Virus record (IMG/VR): IMGVR_UViG_3300048818_000025
Coordinates: 1 to 55,830 of that record
DNA from: a virus
Taxonomy: Duplodnaviria; Caudoviricetes
DNA length: 55,830 nucleotides
Direction: 5' to 3' (one strand)
The position numbers and the translations under genes were made by a program. The notes beneath the pieces are model-generated. The model worked only from the letters and a program-made list of their open reading frames with translations, did not search any database and was not told the DNA's origin. Of this stretch, positions 48,202 through 55,830 are shown one piece after another; positions within the stretch are counted from its first letter, which is position 1; each line of letters opens with the position of its first letter.

Positions 48202-48843
48202 ATGAAAGCTAGAAATAAGAAAGAGGCTGCGATAGTAGTTATTACTAATGCAGCTTTAGTTAATAAAATTGTTGGCGTTAATTTTTCCGATAAATGTAAA
48301 TTATTGGCTCAAAAATACTGTTTTGAATGTCCGATAGTATTAGCTTCAAATCACGCGACCGGAATGGTTACAGCGGATGTAATTGTTTTTGCAACAATGA
48401 TTGCTAAGGAAATCCAGAAGGATTTTCCAAGTTGGTGTCGGCGAGCTTTAGATCATTTAGAAGATAAGGTGGCAAAGCCTTCGACAAAGAGAAAAATAAG
48501 ATTTTTTGAAAAATCAACTAATCCAAATGCGGCCCCAAGCCAAAAGAAAATTGATAATTTTTATGGGTCTTGGGAATGGAAAAGATTGCGGTATGATTTT
48601 ATAAAAAAGAATATCAGAAAATGTAAATGCTGCGGTGCCACACCTGATGATGGCATATCAATTAACGTCGATCATATTAAGCCAATTAGGCATTATTGGC
48701 ATTTGCGCACCAAGGAATACAATCTCCAAGTACTTTGTGCAGATTGCAATATGGGAAAAGGAAGCCGCGATGAGACGGACTGGAGGGGAGATAGGATAGT
48801 CTCTCTTGACTTAATTCGGGAACAACTAAAACCAAGGGGATAA
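48202..48843 (+). CDS. HNH endonuclease
   Basis: FY.SWEWKRLRY...CKCCG...VDHIKP...NLQVLC.DCN.GKG. Confidence 0.88.
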   Translation: MKARNKKEAAIVVITNAALVNKIVGVNFSDKCKLLAQKYCFECPIVLASNHATGMVTADVIVFATMIAKEIQKDFPSWCRRALDHLEDKVAKPSTKRKIRFFEKSTNPNAAPSQKKIDNFYGSWEWKRLRYDFIKKNIRKCKCCGATPDDGISINVDHIKPIRHYWHLRTKEYNLQVLCADCNMGKGSRDETDWRGDRIVSLDLIREQLKPRG

Positions 48844-48845
48844 CT

Positions 48846-49199
48846 ATGCTAACATTTTCTGAATTTTGGTCATCCTACCCTAAACGCCTCGGCTCTAATC
48901 CAAAATCAGCGGCTCAAAAGAAATACAATGCACTGGTTAAATCTGGCATTGAACCTGAGCGAATGATAAACTCGGCCAAAGCCTACGCCGATGAATTGCG
49001 CGACCAAAAGAAACTTGGAACAGAGTTTGTTTGCCAAGCGCGAACATGGTTAAATCAAGAGCGCTATAACGACTACGCGCCAGACCCAGGATCAGCCGAA
49101 CGGACTGCCAAAATCAACGCGGATATGCTAAGACGCGGATGGAAATGGAACGGCGCGAAGTGGGAAAAGATCGAAGCCAATATCCTAAGCGCAGGCTAA
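48846..49199 (+). CDS. Replication-associated protein (phage replisome-organiser C-terminal type)
   Basis: F.EFWSSYPKR...K..A.K.Y...ARTWLNQERY. Confidence 0.65.
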   Translation: MLTFSEFWSSYPKRLGSNPKSAAQKKYNALVKSGIEPERMINSAKAYADELRDQKKLGTEFVCQARTWLNQERYNDYAPDPGSAERTAKINADMLRRGWKWNGAKWEKIEANILSAG

Positions 49200-49206
49200 A
49201 TCTCTA

Positions 49207-49236
49207 TTGACGCACTTACGCATATCTGCGTATAAA
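49207..49236 (+). promoter_or_regulatory. Promoter with palindromic operator
   Basis: TTGACG...TATAAA with TACGCA-TATC-TGCGTA (49217-49232). Confidence 0.65.
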
Positions 49237-49281
49237 TAATCACCGTGCGCCTCGACGGTCCACTGGGGCGGAGAACTGAAA

Positions 49282-49590
49282 ATGAATACTCACCCAAATC
49301 GTACTAAGCGAACTGGCGAACGTGCCGTTATGGTCACGACTTCGCATCGTGGCGTTTTCTTTGGCTATGCCGCCAAAACGGACGGCGCGATCATCAAACT
49401 GCGGCGCGCCCGCAACTGCATCTATTGGGGAACCGATAATAAGGGTTTCCTGGGCCTCGCCTCAATGGGACCGACCAGCACAGCGAAGATCGGTCCCGCA
49501 GCCGATATTGAGCTTTGCGATATTACTTGCGTGGCTGAGTGTTCCGAAGAAGCCACGAAGGCCTGGGAGACGGCCCCATGGAGCCGGTAA
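49282..49590 (+). CDS. Conserved phage protein, paralogue of 40773-41075
   Basis: Near-colinear similarity. Confidence 0.75.
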   Translation: MNTHPNRTKRTGERAVMVTTSHRGVFFGYAAKTDGAIIKLRRARNCIYWGTDNKGFLGLASMGPTSTAKIGPAADIELCDITCVAECSEEATKAWETAPWSR

Positions 49591-50201
49591 TCCTTAAAGG
49601 AGACGCCGCGAAAGCGGCGGCAATTCTTGGCTATGGCTCTGGCTCTGGCTATGGCGATGGCTCTGGCGATGGCTATGGCTCTGGCGATGGCTATGGCTAT
49701 GGCTCTGGCTATGGCGATGGCTCTGGCTATGGCTCTGGCTCTGGCGATGGCTATGGCTCTGGCGATGGCTATGGCTATGGCTCTGGCTATGGCTATGGCT
49801 ATGGCGATGGCTCTGGCGATGGCTATGGCTCTGGCGATGGCTATGGCTCTGGCTCTTATTGGTCCTCCTGTATTGCTTACTTTGCTTCCAAGTGGACTGA
49901 CGCTGATCGCGCTCGATTTACCGCAGCTAAAAAATTAAAAACCAAGATCGCTATCTGGCGATCAACCGATAAAGGCTTGCCGTCGAATGGTGGTGGCAAG
50001 ATTGAACCAGCGGCTCCCGGCGTTATCCATACTGCACCTGGACCGCTCAATCTATGCCACAAAGACACACTCCACGCCACCCTTATTCCTCCGAAATGGA
50101 AAGGCGAGCGGTGGTGGGTTGTGGCACTCCACGGCGAAGTCATTGGTGACGATGAAAAGTATGGCTGCCTGAAACGAGAAATTATTGGCGAATGCCTGTA
50201 A
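49578..50201 (+). CDS. GYG/GSG/GDG-repeat protein
   Basis: Long Gly-X repeat; C-terminus shared with 40330-40785. Confidence 0.75.
   Translation: MEPVILKGDAAKAAAILGYGSGSGYGDGSGDGYGSGDGYGYGSGYGDGSGYGSGSGDGYGSGDGYGYGSGYGYGYGDGSGDGYGSGDGYGSGSYWSSCIAYFASKWTDADRARFTAAKKLKTKIAIWRSTDKGLPSNGGGKIEPAAPGVIHTAPGPLNLCHKDTLHATLIPPKWKGERWWVVALHGEVIGDDEKYGCLKREIIGECL
49629..49856 (+). repeat. Coding hexamer tandem repeat GGC(TAT/TCT/GAT)
   Basis: Directly visible. Confidence 0.95.
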
Positions 50202-50572
50202 TTTTCCAACACAGAATCTACCGCTTAGACCTAGTTGCGAATCCGTCTGTCCTTTATCTTTTTGGGGACAACGAACAGCGAGTAGGCCTAGGCGGTCAAG
50301 CCGCTATGATGCGCGGCGAACCAAATGCGGTTGGCGTTTGCACCAAAGCTACGCCGGGTGGCCCGAATGAGTTTTGGGGTGATGATAGGTTTGAGGAAAA
50401 TTGCACCGTTATTGATGCAGATTTAACGCGAGCCTTTAACCATGCAAGGAAAGGCGGCAACATCGTTATTCCTTCCGATGGTCTAGGGACTGGGCTTGCC
50501 CAACTCGACACTAAAGCGCCGAGAACTTTCAAATATTTGTCAGGGCGGCTTTCCAAACTGGAAAGAACCTAA
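50192..50572 (+). CDS. Conserved phage protein (FGDN...GGQA family)
   Basis: LYLFGDN..R.G.GGQA..MRGEPNAVG..TK; DGLGTGLAQL. Confidence 0.7.
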   Translation: MPVIFQHRIYRLDLVANPSVLYLFGDNEQRVGLGGQAAMMRGEPNAVGVCTKATPGGPNEFWGDDRFEENCTVIDADLTRAFNHARKGGNIVIPSDGLGTGLAQLDTKAPRTFKYLSGRLSKLERT

Positions 50573-50781
50573 TGCCTGCCGGACCTTGGATGGATATTTT
50601 TGCGGTTGAAAAGATGCTTCGGCGCATGGTCGAAGGGAATCAAGCTGCTTGGGCAAAGCGCAACAAAATATCACTCGGCTATGTGAACGATGTTCTCAAT
50701 GGCCGCCGATTGCCGGGCGACAAAATCACTCAAGCCATGGGGTTGGAAAAGGCTTTACTTTGGCGAGTGCCAAACAAATAA
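50572..50781 (+). CDS. Small HTH protein
   Basis: QAAWA....IS..YVNDVLNGRR.PG. Confidence 0.7.
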   Translation: MPAGPWMDIFAVEKMLRRMVEGNQAAWAKRNKISLGYVNDVLNGRRLPGDKITQAMGLEKALLWRVPNK

Positions 50782-50800
50782 TTGGAAATTGAGTCCGCCA

Positions 50801-51776
50801 ATGAAAATCGAAAACGACACCGCTACCTTTTCTTCTGGCCGCACAGCATATGCGAATCGTGGGATTATTGGGCTATCGCCAGAATTAAATCTTTCCGAAG
50901 GCTATGACGGCGGATTTTGCGCTTGGCCTATTCCTGAATGGTGGAGTGACGAAGAAAAGCGCGCCTGTTTGCAATCTTCTGATATGATTGAGCTTGCAGA
51001 TTACATGATTTCTCAATGGGGAAAGTTCAAAGAATTAGTTTCCGAGAAAGCCAATGATGTCCTGTAATCCCGCAACAACGCCAATAGTTTAGCATGAACA
51101 TCACCAATATCCACGAAGGCCGAATGCCAGCGATGCTTCTAATGGTGTTTCGCCAGATTGAACGCTTAGCGCAGGGCTGCACTCTCGCAACGAAACTACC
51201 TATCTCGCCAGACTACTTTGGCGAGGCTTGCGCGGAATGCAAAGGACACGGCTGGATTAAGAAGGAGCGAGATACACATGCCAAGGCTTTGCCTTGTAAG
51301 GCTTGTGGGAGCGATGGATGGTCTAAATGATGTTCTGAGCGACGAATCATTCCAACGATCCTAGAGCCAATTCCGCGAAGCCTAAGGGCATCTTTAGGAC
51401 ACGTCGCAATGTCATCGAGGGAAATAGCAGCCCTCAATCGCAATCAGCCCGGCGATCATGAAATTCTGCAAGAAGTTGTGGAAATCTGCCAAGCCGAAGA
51501 TATGGCCGACGCAATGAGAACCTGGAAATTCAAGCCGCGAAAGGTTACGGCTAAGACAGCAAAGCTTGCGCCAAGTCACAGGCTAGCTATGAAAAGCGCC
51601 ATTCGCGCGGGGAAATAATGGTCGTAGAAAACATCGGCCTTGGTTTTCATTGGCATAAAATTCGACATAGCTACCAAGAGTTTTATGATCGATGGTCGGG
51701 ACATTGTAGCGGATGTAACGAATGTGTTTGGATTGTTCCTGAAACAGTTTTAGAAAACGAGGAATCTAAACTTTGA
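50801..51776 (+). CDS. Small hypothetical genes 50801-51067, 51094-51330 (CxxCxGxG), 51409-51618, 51618-51776
   Basis: Consecutive ORFs; the last read by hand. Confidence 0.55.
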
Positions 51777-52276
51777 TAATATGGGGTGCCGCTTATACAG
51801 AGCCTCGCAAGGAATTTCAGGCTCAAGGCGAAATAAAACGCTTGGGCTTTGAAACATTCTTGCCGGTCCTAACGCGAACTAAAATGGTGCGGCGCAAGAA
51901 GATGCTTTTATCGGAGGCTGTTTTCTCCCGGTATTTATTCGTGGCATTCGACCCGGCCCACGGCACCTACGGAGCGGTTAAAAGAGCTAAAGGGGTAGTT
52001 TGCCTCCTAGAGAACCAGTCAGGCCCTCAGCGGGTGCCCTTTGAGGCAATAGAGCGGTTCAGACAGGCAGAGCGCGCCGGGCTATTCGACATGACGAAGC
52101 CAAAGATTGATTTTGTCGCCGGACAAGAGGTTAAAATCACGGAAGGCCCCTTTGCAGGATTGATAGCCAAGGTAAGATCGGCCAGCCCAAGCAAGCGGGT
52201 AAAGTTGCTAATGCGATTGTTAGGCGGCGACGTATCGCTCGAAATCAATGCCGAAGATTTGCAAAAGGTGGGATAG
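51773..52276 (+). CDS. NusG/RfaH-like transcription antiterminator
   Basis: NGN domain (GFETFLP, VFSRYLFV) plus KOW motif (GQEVKITEGPFAG). Confidence 0.85.
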   Translation: MIIWGAAYTEPRKEFQAQGEIKRLGFETFLPVLTRTKMVRRKKMLLSEAVFSRYLFVAFDPAHGTYGAVKRAKGVVCLLENQSGPQRVPFEAIERFRQAERAGLFDMTKPKIDFVAGQEVKITEGPFAGLIAKVRSASPSKRVKLLMRLLGGDVSLEINAEDLQKVG

Positions 52277-52277
52277 C

Positions 52278-52703
52278 ATGGGCATGTTACTATCAATCGG
52301 CGCGGAGAGCGAGCTTACGATTGGAATGCTCACGCGGGAAATGCTGCGCTTAACGGCAGAATATATGCGAGATCATCCGGTAGAATTTGACGGCAATCAG
52401 CCGCCCGAAGGAACTAAGCTATTTCAAAAGCAGGTTCAATTGGAAGTGACAGACAAGATGTTGAGCCAAACTTTAGATGATGTCGCAGAACGCGAGATTC
52501 ATCCGTTGGCCCATGCGTTAGCTGATAATCTCAAGCATATGAAAATCAAAAACTCCTACGCGCTGCACCTGAATAGCGGCTCAAGCGGTCTAAAGGAATC
52601 ATTCCATATATTAGACGGTTTGGCTATGCGTGGTAGGTTGGGCTTTATGCCTGGAACAGATAATAAACTGGCGGTTTTTGATGTGCTTGGCGCGGCTGAG
52701 TAG
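52278..52703 (+). CDS. Hypothetical protein
   Basis: ORF following the NusG-like gene. Confidence 0.6.
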   Translation: MGMLLSIGAESELTIGMLTREMLRLTAEYMRDHPVEFDGNQPPEGTKLFQKQVQLEVTDKMLSQTLDDVAEREIHPLAHALADNLKHMKIKNSYALHLNSGSSGLKESFHILDGLAMRGRLGFMPGTDNKLAVFDVLGAAE

Positions 52704-53152
52704 CCCCCTTGCATTCCACAAAAACTTAGCTACCATTACTAAATCTGGTAGGTCTATGGCGGCACCGTGCGCAAAGGCAGACTAGCTATCCGCATGTGCG
52801 GATTAGTATGGGTTTCTCGGTTTGAGAGGCCCGATTTATAAATGGGGAAACGAATGCGCGAAGCAATCCACCACTCGCCAATTCGATTTATCTCCGATAT
52901 TGAACGGCGCGCACAGCGAAAGTTAGAACGTGCTGCCAAACGCGAGAGCAAACAAGCCAACTATCACGCGAATGGTTTGAATGGCCCTAACGCAATGGCC
53001 CGTCGCGCTAAACAGGCAGAAAATTCACCTTGCGCGTCGCCCTTTCCGCGCAACGCCCGCGCCTAACCTTATTCGTCCCCCATGCGTAAGGCGGCGCGGG
53101 CAATAAATCAAAGAGGCGTTGATTAAATTGAATTCATACAGAGACAATCAAA

Positions 53153-53563
53153 GTGGCGAAGGGCGGTAAGCGCGAAGGCGCGGGGCGTAAGAAGGGCGCG
53201 CTCACAAAACGCACTAGGGCTATTGCTGAGCAGGCCTTGGCGACTGGGACAACGCCATTAGAAGTTATGCTTGAGAACATGCGACATTTCCGACAGGTCG
53301 CATTAGACGCCGAGCAAACGATAGCTGGTCTTAGCGTTGAGGAAATGGGTGGTGGAAAACTTGAACCAGAGGAACAGTTCAAGCTAATTCTGGCGCAAGT
53401 TAAGAAGGCTGCTGGCCTGCGACAAATGGCCCAAGAATGTGCTAGGGATGCAGCTTCTTACACACATGCAAAGCTTTCTGCGATAACCATGCAGGGCAAT
53501 CCTGATAAGCCATTAAAATATGAACTTTCAATCCGTTTTGTAAGCGCAAAGGCAGACGAATGA
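53153..53563 (+). CDS. terS: Terminase small subunit
   Basis: GGKREGAGRKKG..TK, TPLEVML..MR, A.DAASY.HAKL, G..DKPL motifs. Confidence 0.8.
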   Translation: MAKGGKREGAGRKKGALTKRTRAIAEQALATGTTPLEVMLENMRHFRQVALDAEQTIAGLSVEEMGGGKLEPEEQFKLILAQVKKAAGLRQMAQECARDAASYTHAKLSAITMQGNPDKPLKYELSIRFVSAKADE

Positions 53564-53811
53564 AACGCTGGCTCCTAGCTCTCGCCCTACTCGCAAATCA
53601 CTGGATGCTCTTGCCTGCCAATGCGCAGGAGGTTTCAGTAACGCTCACGGTTAATCAAGCTGATCTAGCCTTGGTAAGCAAGGGTCTTGGCGGGTTGCCA
53701 TTTGCGGAAGTAGCCCCGTTGATGAATAAGTTGCAAACTCAGGTCATGGAACAGCAGAAAGCTAAGGCTGCGCCAATTGTCCCGACTGCGCCGATAGAGC
53801 CGCCGAAGTAG
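53560..53811 (+). CDS. Small signal-peptide protein
   Basis: MKRWLLALALL...ANA/Q leader; LPFAEVAPL..KL..Q motif. Confidence 0.7.
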   Translation: MKRWLLALALLANHWMLLPANAQEVSVTLTVNQADLALVSKGLGGLPFAEVAPLMNKLQTQVMEQQKAKAAPIVPTAPIEPPK

Positions 53812-53948
53812 AATTTTATTCTTACCGTCTCGGGCAAGATGAAAAAGTTATTCTACGGTCAAAACAGCACAGCGGAACGAATAGACATGCCGCATGTTGT
53901 CCATCCGACTAGCGGCAATCCTGCTGCTGAGATCAAAGGATAATCCCC

Positions 53949-54731
53949 ATGCAAGTCTATGACACTCTGCGCGCAGGCGCTATTCATGACGTTCGAGTTG
54001 GACATTCGGTAGTTGCTCCCAACGCGGCTCCGGCTCAATCCGTTCCTAACACCAACACGCTCAAGGCTAAGACGGCGCATGTTCAAAAGCTCAATGACAT
54101 TGGCGCAGATACTACGTTGACTGCGGCCCAAAAGCGCGAGGCCGTCGCGGCTGAGAATGAAAGCTACGCGGCCAACGTGCCGACTAAGGACTTTCATCCT
54201 GATTATGCCGCTGAACATCGCGACCGTCTAGCGGCTATTGCAGCTGATACTTCGCTGACTGATGCGCAGAAAAAGGCGGCGACCGACGCAGAGAATGCGG
54301 ACTATGCCGCCGATGAAAATCAGGACGGCGTTCCCGACGAGACGCAGGACATCATCCACCTGACCCTTAATGGTGGTGAGAAGCGTTCCATCCTCCGTTC
54401 TGATCTGCTGTTTGCGCCAGCCATTATAGCGCGTCGGCAGGCTGATTATCCTGCTTATGCACAGCGCGGGCCGGATAAGAACGGAGTGACCGGGCCTAAC
54501 TCATTGAACTCGGCCAATACGGTTAATTCGGCACAGGCTGGAAGTGGTCAATCGTTTACTGAGCCAAAGCCGGCGGATGAGGTCAAATCTGACGAAGCTA
54601 AGAGTAATGACGTTTACCCCCGCATCGGGGATTATCTGGTTGAGGACTTCGACATTTTGACCGACACCTATACGCAGAAAATCTATGATGCCGCGACGTT
54701 CGCGCGGTACTTCAAGGCGAGCTTGAACTAA
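53949..54731 (+). CDS. Acidic Ala-rich hypothetical protein with an internal repeat
   Basis: I.ADT.LT.AQK..A..AEN..YAA occurs twice. Confidence 0.7.
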   Translation: MQVYDTLRAGAIHDVRVGHSVVAPNAAPAQSVPNTNTLKAKTAHVQKLNDIGADTTLTAAQKREAVAAENESYAANVPTKDFHPDYAAEHRDRLAAIAADTSLTDAQKKAATDAENADYAADENQDGVPDETQDIIHLTLNGGEKRSILRSDLLFAPAIIARRQADYPAYAQRGPDKNGVTGPNSLNSANTVNSAQAGSGQSFTEPKPADEVKSDEAKSNDVYPRIGDYLVEDFDILTDTYTQKIYDAATFARYFKASLN

Positions 54732-54736
54732 GTGGC

Positions 54737-55744
54737 ATGGCGGGACTGAACTATGCAAAATGGTTTGCTCCCGCCACCGCTTTCCTTATCTCGGTCGCCT
54801 TCTGGCCTGGAATTTCAGGCGCAGCCACTTCGCCTCGATGGGCCATCGCTGCCGTCTCTCTCGGCTACTTGGATTGGCGCTTGCTGCCTTTCGTCGCCTT
54901 TTGTTTCTTTGCAGTTGACTTTGACAGCGCCGTTCATTGGGCAATCGTTTGTGCGGCGTTCTGTTGGGGGTTGAATGAAGGACAAGGAACTGGAAGCAAT
55001 ATACGAAAGGTCTGCGCAGCTACGTGCGGAGGCATCGCAATTTCTGGCGTCATTGCCGCCTTCCAATGCTACGGCTTTGAAGGCATTCCCCAACTCGCCA
55101 TCCCAGGCGGATTGTTCCTCAACAAAAACTTCATGGGCGAAGCCGCATGTCTTGCTCTCATCGCCAGTCTACAGTATCGACTATGGCTCCCCGCTCTAAT
55201 ATGCGTTCCGGCCCTGATCCTATCGACGAGCAGAGCTTCCTGGATTGGAGCTATCCTCAGTATTTGCTTTATATTGCCTTGGCGTTGGGCGGCTGGTCTA
55301 TTATTTTTGGCAGCTATTATGCTCTGCGCTGGCTATCTGGCGGGGGTTGAAACGTCGCCAGCCACGTTACTACAGCGCCTTTCACTTTGGCATGACGCAA
55401 TACAGAATTTCCATTGGTTAGGTTCGGGAGCTTACGATTATTCCACCATTCAATACCGCGAACCAAACCTGCACAACGATTGGCTACAGCTAATCTATGA
55501 GTTCGGCATCGTCGGGCTTATTCCTCTCATCGTCGTTTTCATGGCCGGAGGAAATGGCCTGCCTTTCGCTGTGGCACTCTTGGTCATTGGCTCATTCGGT
55601 TTTCCTCTACAGATGCCAGCTACTGCTTGGTTTGCTGCTTTTATGCTCGGGCATTTTGTGGGGCGCGGCCATGATGCGGGCCGAAGTGTTATACGCCCAT
55701 GGCGTCCGAACTGGCGACTTCACAGCCCTTTTAGTCGCGCGTGA
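54737..55744 (+). CDS. O-antigen ligase / O-oligosaccharyltransferase-like (Wzy_C) polytopic membrane protein
   Basis: GLFLNKN, LSTSRASWIG, RLSLW..A, LGSG, LHNDWLQLIYEFGIVG, FPLQ.P motifs; many TM segments. Confidence 0.85.
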   Translation: MAGLNYAKWFAPATAFLISVAFWPGISGAATSPRWAIAAVSLGYLDWRLLPFVAFCFFAVDFDSAVHWAIVCAAFCWGLNEGQGTGSNIRKVCAATCGGIAISGVIAAFQCYGFEGIPQLAIPGGLFLNKNFMGEAACLALIASLQYRLWLPALICVPALILSTSRASWIGAILSICFILPWRWAAGLLFLAAIMLCAGYLAGVETSPATLLQRLSLWHDAIQNFHWLGSGAYDYSTIQYREPNLHNDWLQLIYEFGIVGLIPLIVVFMAGGNGLPFAVALLVIGSFGFPLQMPATAWFAAFMLGHFVGRGHDAGRSVIRPWRPNWRLHSPFSRA

Positions 55745-55830
55745 TTTATACCCGTATTTAAAATACATAGCTCAAGGCCCTGCACGGGCGGGTAGCATTC
55801 AAGACATAATCCGTGCGGTGCGTGAGGACC
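55637..55830. repeat. Terminal redundancy, right copy
   Basis: Matches 1-194. Confidence 0.97.

Noticed and set aside
49627-49938. MAMALA-repeat ORF
   Set aside because: Alternate-frame reading of the GGC-based hexamer repeat.
52704-53152. tRNA genes, and the 52842-53066 ORF as a confident gene
   Set aside because: No cloverleaf or T-loop consensus recognised by eye; the ORF lacks a clear RBS or motif, so it is left uncalled.
55623-55660. Rz1-like lipoprotein in the +1 frame
   Set aside because: LLLLC does not fit the lipobox (needs G/A/S before Cys), and the locus is far from the lysis genes.

Overview
This looks like a complete, circularly permuted ~55.6-kb P22-like podovirus genome (194-bp terminal redundancy). 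The host is probably an alphaproteobacterium, based on a GcrA homologue, an alpha-type SsrA-tag mimic and a Rhizobiales-type secreted CHAP-like protein. The late operon runs across the contig join: NusG-like antiterminator, TerS, six inserted genes (including an O-antigen-ligase/O-OTase-like membrane protein and three signal-peptide proteins), TerL, portal, scaffold, coat, tail hub, ejection proteins, a signal-peptide-bearing tail fibre, an SGNH/FN3/SPRY protein, and lysis genes with a class-3 lipase. The early region has a remnant integrase, SSB, HNH nucleases, an RHH switch, GcrA, a DnaA C-terminal HTH and a truncated methylase. Two candidate undescribed systems stand out. (1) A ~9.4-kb island (38281-47690) has a central small serine recombinase and divergent promoter, flanked by two outward-reading arrays of ~25 short phage-type genes. 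Their junctions carry side-specific micro-motifs (CGGGCC-TA-TT on the left, AAT-TA-GGAG on the right), suggesting an integron-like or nested gene-capture element. An IS1595 element with passenger genes is nested in it. (2) Virion-type proteins carry Sec signal peptides and paired cysteines and are co-encoded with an O-OTase-like enzyme, suggesting periplasmic maturation or glycosylation of virion parts. All family calls come from motif recognition by eye; no searches were run.
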